DNA of 64,000 nucleotides, from contig NC_043001.1 in assembly GCF_006345805.1 (NCBI RefSeq), positions 72,912,001 through 72,976,000 of the forward strand, read 5' to 3'. Source of the stretch: Octopus sinensis. Taxonomy: Eukaryota. Of the stretch, positions 24,812 through 38,527 are shown one piece after another (position 1 is the stretch's first letter; each line of letters opens with the position of its first letter). The notes beneath the pieces were generated by a model. That model was not told the origin of the DNA and searched no databases. It saw nothing but the letters and a program-made list of their open reading frames with translations. Position numbers and translations under genes: made by a program.

Positions 24812-25799
24812 CAGGTAATGCACTATGTTCTTGAGCAAAACACTTCATTTCATGTTGCTCCAGTCCACTCAGCTGGCAAAAACAAGTAATCCTGCAATAG
24901 GCACTGTCCCATCCAGAGGGAAATATATACACACACCACAGAATCTAACAAACCAGCCTTATGAGCCTATGGCTCAGGAAAGACATTTGATCCTTTTTCA
25001 CACACGTGTGCACACATATTCTCACTCTGGTCCCAGCAATATCACAAGTAGTCGAGAAACTTAAAAGAGAATATCCCTTAAATGGACAATAGATTAAGGA
25101 CAGTCTGCCTTCATGGATTTGATAATGGGTTGGATAAAAAACATTACTGAATAGGACAGGCAGTAGAAGAAGACTGGAAGGTACTATAAATAAATGTTGT
25201 GACTATAACAACCAAGATAAAAAGACTCTAATAGAATACATCAATGTATAATAATGATAATTTCTAAAGAAGGGTGGAGTGTACAATTACTAGTGTTGTG
25301 ACTATAACAACCAAGATGAGGATATAGACTGAACACATCAGCATATTCATTTTTGTGTCTCTTTCCTAAGTTGGACAGTTATTTATCCAAGGCAGTACTA
25401 TTTATGGTTGGATGCTATTTATTTCACCCACCATTACCTGTTTTACAAGTCATGGACACATTGAGAGTGTGGAGCTGTGAACATAATGACAGGTTTCTTT
25501 TGGGGTAGGTGGGTTGGGGCTTTTGTTTTTTTTCCCACTCAGGTGTTCTCATGCAAGAAGCAGAAATGCAAATCTTCCATACAAATTTGTGCTCATGTTT
25601 TTGCACGTGCACACAAGACAATCTTCCATACTTCCGCTTAACCAATTCTCCCACAAGGCGTTGCTCAGCCTAATATAATAGTAAAAACCAGTTGCCTGAG
25701 ATGCCATGCAGTGGGAATGAACCTAAGAGTATGTGGTTGCAAAGTGAACTTCTTAACCATACATCCATATTTTCTCTTCTCAGAAATTCTCACATGATA

Positions 25800-26565
25800 T
25801 AACAAAGAGAAACAGGTTGTCCAGTTGGTGAATCTAGGTCTGAAACTAAAACATACCATTAAACAAGAGGTAGAACCTTCCTTTGCTTGCACACCCACTT
25901 CTCATAAATCACTTGAAGCCTCTCATGACCTCCTCATCAGAAAAACCATATCATTTTATTGTTCACCAATTGTGTGATAGACCAGCAGATGTCTCAGTCT
26001 TAGGTCAACACATATAGCATTGAGATAGAGTTGGTTGATAGATGTGTGTAGTCAGGTATTGTTTGTTGTTTAATCTACTTCAAAGCTTTTATCCTATACA
26101 GTAAAAAAAAATATGGTACTTGTAGCTTTTTAGTTTCATTTAAAGCCTTTTGTTACCATATTTTTGTTGAAACAAACTGCCTTTGTTTCAATTAATTTTG
26201 AAGAATTTAGTAAAATAACTTTGTCATTATTAACTGTTTTTGTTACCATATTTCTGTTGAAATACATAGCCTTTGTTTCAATTAATTTTGAAAATGATGA
26301 AGAACTTATCTAAAATAACTTTGTTGTTACCAAGCCAGTATTTGGAACATAAATTAGTATGACATTTTGATAGGAAATTTTTATTTCGATCACTTTAAAA
26401 CAGAAAGTTAGTATTGTAGAATTAGGGATGGTCTCAGGCAGGTTGGTATCAAAAGGGTGAGAGCCTTTCTACCTGGAGATTTGTTTTTTATGTTCTGTGA
26501 ACTTGGGCACTGCTATGGTTATGTGCTTCACAACCACATAGTGTCCAGTTTAATCTCATTACATG
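25800..26565 (+). repeat. Local segmental duplication, copy 1 (copy 2 at 33765-34905)
   Basis: Shared unique-looking sequence 'tagaaccttcctttgcttgcacacccacttctcataaatca...', a shared MITE and a shared downstream SINE head. Confidence 0.9.
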
Positions 26566-29500
26566 ACACTTTAAGCAAGTCTCTTCCATCACAGCTTTGT
26601 GTTGACCAATGCTTCATGAATAAAATCTGACAAACTGTGTAAAACATTAGAGAGATTGTTTAATATCAGAGCCTCATTGACCTGATAGAAATAGCAACCA
26701 AACCTCTCTCACATTACAATCAAGTATCCAGAATAGCATGACAGTCACATGTTTATTTTTTCCATTTATTTTCCCATTTTCTCCATATTAGTATAGCTTG
26801 GACAGAAATAGTTTTGTGGCAGGATTTTATGGCCAGATGCTCTTCTTGTCACCTACCTTCGTTTGTTTTTCAGTTAAGAAGTTTTATAGTCCACAAGTCT
26901 TTGAAAGCATGGAGCAATCAGTTGTAATGTCATCACAGAATGTCAACATCAACACCACTTCTTTGTTCAAATGGTGACAATTGAAATGTTAACATTCATT
27001 GACACATCATGATCATCACATCTACTTTTGTATGTTTGCATGAGTTATCAGAATTTATTGGCTGAGATTTTCTACAATCGGTTGCCCCTCCTGTCACCAA
27101 TCCTCACTTATATTGAGGCAAGCTAATATTTCCTCCTGATCAGGTATGTTTTTGCAGAATATTGGAAATGAATGACACCACTTTTATGACAGGGTCACTT
27201 GTTTACAACTATCATATGGTGTCAAGACAATGAGACATAAACATACACACACTCATAACTCTGTCTCTCACACACATACATGCATGATGGACTTTTTCCA
27301 GTTTATGCCTACCAAACCCGCTCATATGACTTTGGTCAGCCTGGGACTGCAGTAAAAGATACTTGTCCAAAGTACCACAAAGTGGGACTGAACCCAGAAC
27401 CATGTGGTTGGAAAGCAAGCATCTTCATCACATAGCCATACCTGAATGTACTACATAGATATATTTTATTAATAAACTGTGGAAGTTAGAGAGTGACTCA
27501 AGTTTGTGCATTAGCACTTATCAATGCACTGAATTTCCAGACCTTTTTGCTAGTTATAAATAAAATATATGTTTTCCTGTTTGCGTCACCAAACACATAG
27601 ACACACACACGTATAATAATGTTCCATGATGGTAAGATCAACAAAAAAGGTACTTCATCTAGTGAGAGATAAATATTATTTAATAGACACAATACATGAT
27701 TCTATGTGCTACTACTAGTTTCATGTGTTGAGAACATCCCAAACAATGTCCTATAATACGCCTGACATTTCAGCACAGTCATCAGGCACAGCACACACGG
27801 CCTAATGAGCAAAAAATTGAATGAGAGAAGAAACGAGAAAAGGCGAGAAGGAAGTATATAGAAAAAGTGGAAGATTTAAAAAAAACAACAGAAAATGAAA
27901 AAGTAATTAGAAAGAAGCAAAAGGGGGATGATGATACTATGATAGGGTTGATCCATTTTCTGTCTAACAAATTCATTCATAAGGCATTGGTTAACCCAGG
28001 GTAATAGTAGAAAATGCTATATGATAATCCTAAATATGCAACACCTAACAGAATGTCAGGACAGTCTTGGGTAGAAACTCTTTGATCATTGGCCTTCTTG
28101 GTTGTAATTCATCTGGGAGCAAAACTACTAATGTTGTTTTGAATGCTGGTCTAGTTGCTGACATAATCCAAAACACTACTGTTATCTTTCTGACTGATAT
28201 AACAACAATAGACTGAGATTAGTTTGTGTGTTGACCATCCCACCAACATTGAAGTCCTCCTATGCACAGCTGAGAGCCAAGCACTTGCTGATGATACTGT
28301 AAATAAAAGATACAACTAATAGTTTTGATGGTGTTTGTTAAATGCTGCCTGAAATGAGGATAGTCAAGCAGCAATTATTTTAGAAATTATGCTATGATAA
28401 ACAGTAACATTTGGAGATTCTGAAGAGAATCATCATCATTGTCATTTTAACATCCACTTTTCTATGCTTGCATGGGTCTGATTCAGTTTTATCAACGAAG
28501 ACTTTCTATGGTCTAATGCCCTTCCTGTCACCAACCCTCACCTGTTTCCAAGTAAGGTGATATTTCCCCATAGCCAGACAGGTTTTTTTGCAGAGGAGAT
28601 TGGAAATGGACACTGCTTGTAATGATGATGAATCACATTTGTAACTATTATGTGATGTCAAAACAACGAGACACAAGCATATACAAACACACACACATAT
28701 ATACTTTCCCAAGGTGCCACAACACTGGGACTGATCCCAAAATCAAACTTCTTAATCATACAGCCACATCTTTAGAAGAAAGCTAAGAATTTAGGGATGT
28801 GTTTGTTTTGTATGTGAGTGTTGAGGAGGTGCTTAGGATGTGAAATTTTGGGGTTGTTGTTTATCTCCAGACAAGATATTAAATCATACAAAACTTTTAT
28901 CAAAGGCAAACCAAGAGTGATTACCTAGTCTCTTTCATTCAGGCACAAGTATTTAGGACTACATTTCTTTTTTGTTTTATAAGACAAAATGTGATTTAAG
29001 GGAAGTTTGGCTGCTATTTCTAACAAGTCAAGTGACCATACAAGTGCTTCCTTGTTGCTTTTTCCTTTGTCAGCAGTGTATTGGTAGAGATGATTGAGCA
29101 TCAGACAGATTACTTCTAATTATTTATTCTACCTCTTTGTGCTCTGAGTTCAAATTCTGCTGAAGTCAGCCTTGCCTCTTATTGATGAATAAAAGTACCA
29201 ATTCTGGGCAGTGGATTGACAGAACAGTAGGAATGTCAGACTGGATTCCTTGCATTATTCCAGTTCTTTGCATTCTGAGCTCAAATCCACCACAGCCTAC
29301 ATGGATAGTAGACTTAATCCATATCCTGGATTAATACTCCACCAGGCACCTTGAGTGTCTTTTAGTGGAGTTCACACTGTTGCAAGCATTCGGGCTCAGT
29401 CTCTGGTTTGAGTTTACATTCCTCCCTTCTGTGTCAGATGCTCTGTAAAGATTCATGGCTCTTGCTTTCTTTCCTTGCTGAAGGATAAAAGATAAATCAG

Positions 29501-30000
29501 TATTCATTGTAAACCACCACATGACATCTCACAAGCTGACAAAATCATAAAAATGTTTCTTTTGACTCATTATGTTCTGAGTTCAAATTCTGCGGAGGTC
29601 AATTTTGCCTTTCATCCTTCCAAGATTGATAAAAATAGTCAAGAACTGAGAGTGGGTGTTATCAACTGACCTCCTTCCCTCAAAATCACTGACCTTGAAA
29701 CAGTTATTATTTAACCACTACAGATTCACCTCAGTTCCTGCCATTCCTCTTACAGAATCATTATGAGGTCACAATAGTAGTAAAAAGGCAAAATGCACGC
29801 CTCAAACTTTATAAATATGTTTCTTTTTTCTTTATTTCTGCTTGGTTTTGAGAAGTTGCACCACTCCTATTTGTCAATAGAGTGACATTAGAAAGAGATT
29901 CAATTGTACAGTTTACATATTTGTAGAAATAAACCATCCCACACATAATGACATGACGAAAAACTGAGTTTAAAGTAGTAAATATATATATATATATATA

Positions 30001-30340
30001 TATATTTGAAGTATTAATTTATAAAAAGTATTAATTTATAAAAAGTATTAATTTATAAAAAGTATTAATTTATAAAATGTGATCTTTCATTGTTTTTCCC
30101 TTATACCTATGTGAGTTATTTTTCTGAGTATGCATTGTCTGGAGACTTTTATTTGCAGTTGAAGAAATAGCCAAATTTTTGGCTGCTATTTCTGAAAAGT
30201 TCGGTGTGTGGTAAAGTGAATTCTTTTACTTTACCATATTTTTATAAATTAATACTTCAAATATACCGTAAATGGTCTTTACATACCGAATACTGCTTGG
30301 TCGAATTTATTAATAATTAATTAATTCGACCCCCTTTTTT
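30001..30340 (+). mobile_element. Structured non-coding element related to 1-396, with inverted head
   Basis: 30001-30027 is the inverse of 30239-30265; shares gctatttct..ttcggtgtgtgg..ttacat.ccgaa..cttggt with 205-385; flanked by (TA)n. Confidence 0.6.
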
Positions 30341-30341
30341 G

Positions 30342-30372
<31 letters not shown>

Positions 30373-30750
30373 CATGTGTGTCATCATTGCTTGATGTCCA
30401 CTTTTCCATACTTCTATGGGTCAGATGGAATATGTTGTGGCAGATTTTCTGTGATCCTATGCCCTTCCTGTCACCAACCCTCACTTATTTCCAAGCAAGG
30501 TATTTTTGTCCCTATAGCCAGATATATTTTCGCAGAACATTAGAAACAAATGACACTGCTTGTATGACAGTAACTGGAGCATCACCTTAAAGGGTTTTAA
30601 TCAAACAAATCAACCCCAGGACTTATTCTTTGTAAGCCTAGTACTTACTTTATTGGTCTCTTTTGCCAAATTGCTAAGTTACAGGTACATAAACACACCA
30701 ACATCGATTGTCAAGCATTGGTTGGGGGACAAACACAGACAGAAAGATAT

Positions 30751-30808
<58 letters not shown>

Positions 30809-31140
30809 TTGAAGTATTAATTATAAAAAGTATTAATTTATAAAAAGTATTAATTTATAAAAAGTATTAATTTATAAAATGTGATCTTTCATTGTTTTTC
30901 CCTTATACCTATGTGAGTTATTTTTCTGAGTATGCATTGTCTGGAGACTTTTATTTGCAGTTGAAGAAATAGCCAAATTTTTGGCTGCTATTTCTGAAAA
31001 GTTCGGTGTGTGGTAAAGTGAATTCTTTTACTTTACCATATTTTTATAAATAATACTTCAAATATACCGTAAATGGTCTTTACATACCGAATACTGCTTG
31101 GTCGAATTTATTAATAATTAATTAATTCGACCCCCTTTTT

Positions 31141-31175
<35 letters not shown>

Positions 31176-31552
31176 CATGTGTGTCATCATTGCTTGATGT
31201 CCACTTTTCCATACTTCTATGGGTCAGATGGAATATGTTGTGGCAGATTTTCTGTGATCCTATGCCCTTCCTGTCACCAACCCTCACTTATTTCCAAGCA
31301 AGGTATTTTTGTCCCTATAGCCAGATATATTTTCGCAGAACATTAGAAACAAATGACACTGCTTGTATGACAGTAACTGGAGCATCACCTTAAAGGGTTT
31401 TAATCAAACAAATCAACCCCAGGACTTATTCTTTGTAAGCCTAGTACTTACTTTATTGGTCTCTTTTGCCAAATTGCTAAGTTACAGGTACATAAACACA
31501 CCAACATCGATTGTCAAGCATTGGTTGGGGGACAAACACAGACAGAAAGATA
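30001..31552 (+). repeat. Near-identical 803-bp tandem duplication bounded by (TA)n
   Basis: 30008 aligns to 30811 and 30741 to 31544; the differences I saw are single-base indels in homopolymers or TA runs. Each unit has a 17-bp repeat x4 (AAGTATTAATTTATAAA). Confidence 0.93.
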
Positions 31553-31560
31553 TATATATA

Positions 31561-31605
<45 letters not shown>

Positions 31606-33060
31606 CATACATACATACATACACGACAGGCTTCTTTCAGTTTCTGTCTACCAAATCCACTCAAAGTTTTGGTCAGCTTGAGGCTATAATAGAAGTCGCT
31701 TGTCCAAGGTGTCACATGATGGAACTGAACCTGGAATCATGTGCTTGGAAAGCAAGCTTCTTACTACACACCACACCATACATGTTTATACTTGTATGTA
31801 TATATGTGTGTGTATTTGTGTAGCTTCCACTGAAGAATATAAACATCAGCATGAAATTGAATAAATGAAGCTCTGGTCTCTCTCAGAACCTTGTAACCAA
31901 CAAAAATAAACATGCAGATTTAATCCAACTACATCATGGGTTAGTGCTTTTTATTATAGCCCTGGGCCAATTAATGCCTTGTGATTATAAATGGAAACTG
32001 TGTGGAAGCCCTTCATGTGTGTGTATGTTTGTTTGCTGCCTCGCCTTCAACTGTGTGACAAGCAATTGTTTGTTAATGTCTATGTAACTTGGAAGTTCAG
32101 CAAAAAAGTACTGAGGTCAATTCAGTCAACTAAAATTTCTTAAGGCGATGCCCCAACATGACCACAGCTCAGTGACTAAAACAAGAAGAATAAAAGAATG
32201 AAAGAAATGTGTTTATGTAGTATAAACACTTGCACACACACATATATAATGTTGAAGAATAGAGAGGAGAGAGAGAATAGTCCTAATTTGCTTTAGTACT
32301 AGTGTTGAACAGACTAGTAGTCATCGTCGTAGTGGTGGTGGTGGTAGTAGTAGTAGTAAGGTGATCTAATTAATTATAGACACATGTGATTGGTTCGCAG
32401 AAATCCAAGTGGCAGAGAATGTAACATCAGTGAGTGAGTGAAATGACCCTGGTATTTTCTGTCTGTCTGCTGCACAGTAGCTCTCTCTCCCCACTACTAA
32501 CAAATACACTTCATATGACTGATCATTATTACAGTGAGCCGCTCACATTTCTGTGTCTGTAGAATGACAGTAGGTCATTGTCATTTAAACTTTGTGTGAA
32601 ACAAAAACCTGAAAACAAACAACAGCTCTCCCCCCCACACCCCACACACACACCAAAGACAAATAAAAATGAAACATTAAAAACTTTGTTTATGCATTTA
32701 AAAGAAAGTTTCTTTTTTTGTTTTCTTTCCACTCCTCCTTCACATCCCACTTCATCATCATCATCTAATGTCCATCTTCCCTGTCAACATGGGTTGGATG
32801 GTTTGACAGGATCTGATGAGCCAGAGGACTGTGGAGCTCCAGTGTTTGCTTTTAGCATGGTCTCTATGGCATGATGTCTTTCCTTATGCCAACTGCCATC
32901 TCTCATAATTCATGATACTGTTTCATTAAGCAAGATAAACTTTGTTATTGTTCCCTAAGTCAACCCTTCATTAAGCTCTTAAATAATTTCATTACATTGT
33001 TTAAAACTCTATTTTTCCACAGAGTTCCATGTAAAATTTTATATGACTATTACTTTTCCT

Positions 33061-33098
<38 letters not shown>

Positions 33099-33764
33099 CA
33101 ACTCTTATAACATGGTTAGCATTAGGAAGGGTATCCAGCTGTAAAAACCATGCCACAGGAGACAGCAGAGCTTGATGCAACCCTCTGGTTTGCCAGCTCC
33201 TGTCGAACTTTCCAACCCATGCCAGCATGGAAAATGGATGTTAAATGATGATGATGATGATGGTATTAATCATTAAAGAATAGATAGGATTGGAATGTAA
33301 AACACATTTCAAAAAACATGTTCTTAATAAAAATAGCAGAACTCTGTAGCGAAAGAAGTAGCTTGACTGTAATCAGCTAAGATAGAAGTATTCTAAGGAT
33401 GCAAGTTATACACACATACAGTGAGGTAGAGAGTACAATGTGTCCTGATTGTATCACTGTCCCATGTATAGTTTACCACTGCATGTCAGTGTGCATAACT
33501 CCACATGTGCTTTTTTTTTCTTTTTTTAATCCATTAGATGGGTTTAAAGTATATGTGGATCCGTAGATTGTACTTATGTACATTATGTACTCAAAGTTTG
33601 CTCCTATCAGGCCTGATTAAGGTCAGCAATCACTGATTGGTCAAGAAAAATTAACCAATGAACATTTCACAATACCACTGTAATTGTGAAATGTTAAATC
33701 CCCTCCACATCTGCTACCCCTTTCATTTCTTTTTTTTTTTTTTGATCCAGTAGAACCATACAAC

Positions 33765-34905
33765 AAACAAGAACATGTTGACCAGTTACTTGGTGGACCT
33801 AGGGCATACCATTAATCAAAAGATATAGAACCTTCCTTTGCTTGCACACCCACTTCTCATAAATCATTTGAAGTCTCTCATGACCACCTCATCAGAACCT
33901 TGTCATTTTATTGTTCACCAGTTGTGTGATAGACCAGCAGACATCTGTCTTAGGTCAACACATATAACATAGAGATAGAGTTGGTTTTGTGGTCAGGTAC
34001 TGTTTGTTGTTTAATCTACTTCAAAGCTTTTATCCTGTACAGTAAAAAAGAATATATGGTACTTGTAGCTTTTTAGTTTCATTTAAAGCCTTTTGTTACT
34101 ATATTTCTGTTGAAACAAACTGCCTTTGTTTCATTTAATTTTGAAGAATTTAGTAAAATAACTTTGTCATTATCAACCCTTTTGTTCCTGTATTTCTGTT
34201 AAAATATGTTTTGTTTCAATTAATTTGAAATGAAGAACTTAGTAAAATAACTTTGTTATTAAGCTGGTGTATTTGCAACATAAATTAACATCAGGTTTTG
34301 ATGGAAGAAGGCTATAATTTAGATACAAACCTGCTTGAGACCATCCTTGGTTTTTATGATATAAACTTCATGCTTTAACACTTTAGCATTTAAACCGGCC
34401 ATAACCGGCCAAAATATTCTACCTTTTGTTTAAACCAGTTAGATCCAGCCTCTCACACCTACCATATAAAGTTTTTCTTAAAATGAGCAATCACATTATC
34501 AAAATCTTGAAGCTAAAAGATAAAGCATGATTAATTTAAGACAATTTGACTAAATAAACATTAAATTTGACAGAATAATCCGAATGCTAAAGGGTTAAAG
34601 TGTTTGTAGTTTAAACTTTCTATGAAAATTCAGTATTAATTTATGTTCCAAACATCAAGTTGATAACGAGAAAATTAGTTTCAAAACCAACTGAAATAAA
34701 TAAAGGTAGTGTATTTCAACAGAAATATGGCTACAAAAGGGTTAAAATAGAAACATTGTATCATAGACTCAAGGGCAATCACTGTTGGAATGTTATCAAA
34801 AAGGTTAAAGCTTTTTGCTGGAGATTTTAATATTCAGTGCATTTGGGCACTACTATGGTTGTGTGCTTCACAATTACATAGTTTCCAGTTCAATCCCATT
34901 TCATG
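33765..34905 (+). repeat. Local segmental duplication, copy 2, with extra nested MITE insertions (~34325-34800)
   Basis: Aligns to 25800-26565; contains the piggyBac-like MITE 34375-34598 within another MITE. Confidence 0.85.
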
Positions 34906-35637
34906 GTACTTTGTGCAGATCTCTTTTTCAGATATTACCATCCTATTTTTTGTACAGATAGTATATTTAGAACTATATTGTATGATGTGTCCTTCTTAGT
35001 ATATTTAGGAGTACATTGTATAATGTGACTTCCTTTTTAATGCAGTTGTGTGATTTCAGGGATATATGCCTGTTATCACTAGTAGATTGAGTGACCCTGT
35101 AAAGATTCCATTGTTTTCTCATGGTGGGTATTTATTTAGAGTTAGTTGCACTTTTTTCACTAACCATTCAACCATAAAATAGGAGGGAAATTTCCAAAAG
35201 ACAAACATCTAATGTTTACAGTTGAATGACTGTTCACTGAAGGGGAACAAAATGCACAGCTTAATTAATTCATAAACTATAAATTACAATTAACTAAAAT
35301 TATAAAGTTATTGATCTTTTTACATCCTGACTGTATTAAGAATATTGTTATGTTAATTTGGCTTTCATTCTAGCAATTATTTACTAATTGTTACCGAAAT
35401 TGAGTGAAGTTCTGTGTGTATTTGTCTGTAAATGTGTGTGTGTGTGTGTGTGTTATTGTTATTATTTAGGCAGTAAACTGGCATCAGACAAAATGCTTTG
35501 CAGCATGTGTTCTGGCTCCTCACATTCTGAACTCAAATCCCTCTTTTGTTAACTTTGCCTTTAATCCTTTTAGTGTGTGTGTGGTGGGGGTCAGTAAAAT
35601 AAGGTACTAGTCAAGTATGATGGGAGCAGGGTGTCAG

Positions 35638-35697
<60 letters not shown>

Positions 35698-37216
35698 CTT
35701 CCCAACTATATGGTCTCATGTTCAGTTAGACTGTGCAGCACCTTGGACAAGTGTCTTCAACTATAGCTCTAGACTGACCAAAGCAATGTGAGTTGATCCG
35801 GTGGATGGAAACTGAAAGAAGCTATTGTGTGTGTGTGTGTGTGTATTTTGTTATATCTCAGGAAGGTCAATATGCCAGTAATAAACACATATATTTCTCT
35901 GTTTATTAGTCATCTGGTTAACCATTTAACTAATCAGTTGTTTAATTAATTGTTTGGTCAAGTACAACATTTGCTTGTTGTTGTATAGCCCCAGGTCTAC
36001 ATTCACGTTCCATCCATGACCATCCCATCTTTTATTCAGACATAGCTGGTGCCATGTTAAAAGCACTGGTGCTGGCACCACATAAAAATTACCCAGTACA
36101 CTCTGTGGAATAGTTGGCGTTAAAAAGGGCATCTAGCCGTAGAAATACCAGAACAGACCTTGGAGCCTAGTGCAGCCCCTGACCATACCAGCTCTGGTCA
36201 AACCGTCCAACCCATGCCAGCATGGAAAATGGATGTCAAATGATAATGCTGATGATTGCACATTATGTAATGTGTCCTCTCTTTTTTTTTTTTTTTTTTT
36301 TGTAAATATAGAGCAAATTTGACTGTTAGTTTGAGCTGGACATGTGACCCTGTTGCAACTTCGTTGTTGGCAACATTTGGTTTACATTTCTGCTGCCAGA
36401 AGTCTGTGTGATTCAAAAAGTCATTGAAAGCCAAACCTATTCTCTTTGCAAATCTGTTCCAGATGAAAAGCAACCTTGGAGCCAATGTGAAGATTTCCAC
36501 TTAATTATTTTCATTGAAAATGTAGTTATGGCTCTCTCTGCTTAGGCCTCAGATCATAGCAGGATTCTTTGTCTGGTTATGAAGATTTATATCATGACAA
36601 AATGTCATTTATTCATATTTAATTAAACCAATTGTATCATTATTGAAGAAAACGATAATTACAGTATCTATGACAGGTTCTTTATTCTATCTGCTTTATT
36701 AAAGAAAGTGAAATCTTTATGTTTCACTGTATATTTATCTTTTTAACATTTAGTTAGATTTCAGTACACTGACTTCTTGGTGAATACTCTACAGTAGGTA
36801 GATAGGACCCTGTTAATATGATATTAAGTAAAACAACTTCTTAATGATTACTGTAGGTAAGTCAGGCACTGTTAATGTGGGATTAAGTAAAATATCACTG
36901 ACTTCCTAATGAATAATATAGGTAGGTGAGAACCCATTAAATTAATGAGCTGGGAGGGTAAGCAGTCCCCTTCATAACTATGTACATAGTAACTCTATGA
37001 AAGCCTATTGGAGGAACAGTTTGTGTTTAGACTTAATCTAGTGCCTGGCTTAACACTATGACTAGCCTTTGGGTGTCTTTTTGGGGGTTGTAAGTATTTA
37101 GATCCAGGCTTGGCTTTGAGAATAACTTTCCCCTACCCATCTCTGACATCCTGAAAAGAGTGATTGGATTCTCCTTTTTCTCCTTTGAGATATTGAAATA
37201 TTTATATAGTGTGACC

Positions 37217-37320
<104 letters not shown>

Positions 37321-37834
37321 TTTTCTTTTGTCTAATTGAAACTTTCAACAAAAGTGCACACCCATCAAGAATACTGGTATTCTGAATCTTTCAAATGTGA
37401 TTGCAACTTTTTACTTGTCCTTTTACTCCTTATGATGTGTTATCATACATTCATGTTATTTTCCATTTGTCTATCAACTGTTGTCTCTTGAACACTGAAT
37501 ACTGTCACAGTATTTTGTGGCTCTATAATTTAATTTGACAAACTTACAGAAAAATTAATTGAAGCTAATCTGTCACTGTTGTATGAATCAAAAATATAAA
37601 TCATCAAACTAGACTGAAATTTTAATGGGTGAGCATTTATATCAAAGATGAGTGCTTTGCCTGTCTAGAATCTCTTTCATTCTCTTTGGAAATGGCTAGC
37701 ATCAGGATCATGGTTGTTAATTTATTTCAAGAAGTTTCATGCCAAAAGAGAAGAATATTTAATTGCAAATGTTACATTAAAAACAAATTTTCAAGAGTAA
37801 ATTGTCCACTAAATCAAGAAGATAATACTAATGT

Positions 37835-38527
37835 ATCCAGTTTTGGCACAAGGCCAGTAATTTTGGGGAAGGGGAGTAGTTGATACTATTGACCCAAGTA
37901 CTTCACTAGGGCTGTATCAGATCTGAAAGGATGAAAGGCAAAATTGAACTCAGCGCATAGAGTCAGGAGAAATGCAGCTAAGCTTTTTGTCCCACATGCT
38001 TAATAATTCTGCCAGCTCGCCACCTTGTAATTATTTCAAATATTGGCAAAAGGCCATCAGTTTTGAAGAGAATGAATTAGTTGATTACATTGACCCCAGT
38101 AATTTACTAGCATTTTAATATGCTGATCCCAGTACTTGACTGGTACTTTATTCTATCAACCCAAAAAGAATGAAAGACAGAGTTGACCTCAGTGGAATTT
38201 GAATTCAGAATGTTAAGATGGACGAAATGCCACTAAGCATTTTGCCCAGCGTGCTAATGGTTCTGCCAGTTCACTGCCTTAATAATAATAATAATAATAA
38301 TGATGACGACGACCTTTTCTACTAAAGGCACAAGTCCTGAAATTTTGGTTGGAGGGGACTGGTCAATTACATTGACCCCAGTGTTTTACTGATACTTAAT
38401 TTATCGACTCCAAAAGAATGAAAGGCAAAGTTAACCTTGGTGGAATTTGAACTCGGAGCATAATGACAGATGAAATGCTGCTATGCAGTACCTGGCGTGC
38501 TAAGAATTCTGTCAGCTCACCACTTTA
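37835..38527 (-). mobile_element. Cluster of about 3 SINE family B copies
   Basis: Repeated reverse-complement family B bodies separated by (AAT)n. Confidence 0.8.

Noticed and set aside
25196-25320. 24-bp direct repeat TGTTGTGACTATAACAACCAAGAT about 98 bp apart
   Set aside because: Only two copies with similar downstream sequence; a simple old tandem duplication, not a repeat-spacer array.
33661-33695. Hairpin resembling a pre-miRNA (GTGAAATGTT, miR-203-like seed)
   Set aside because: The stem is only 13 bp, too short, and the sequence does not match the rest of that miRNA.
36311-36500. Candidate coding exon after a strong acceptor
   Set aside because: All three + frames hit stops and I recognise no protein; the minus ORF runs through poly-T and SINE sequence.
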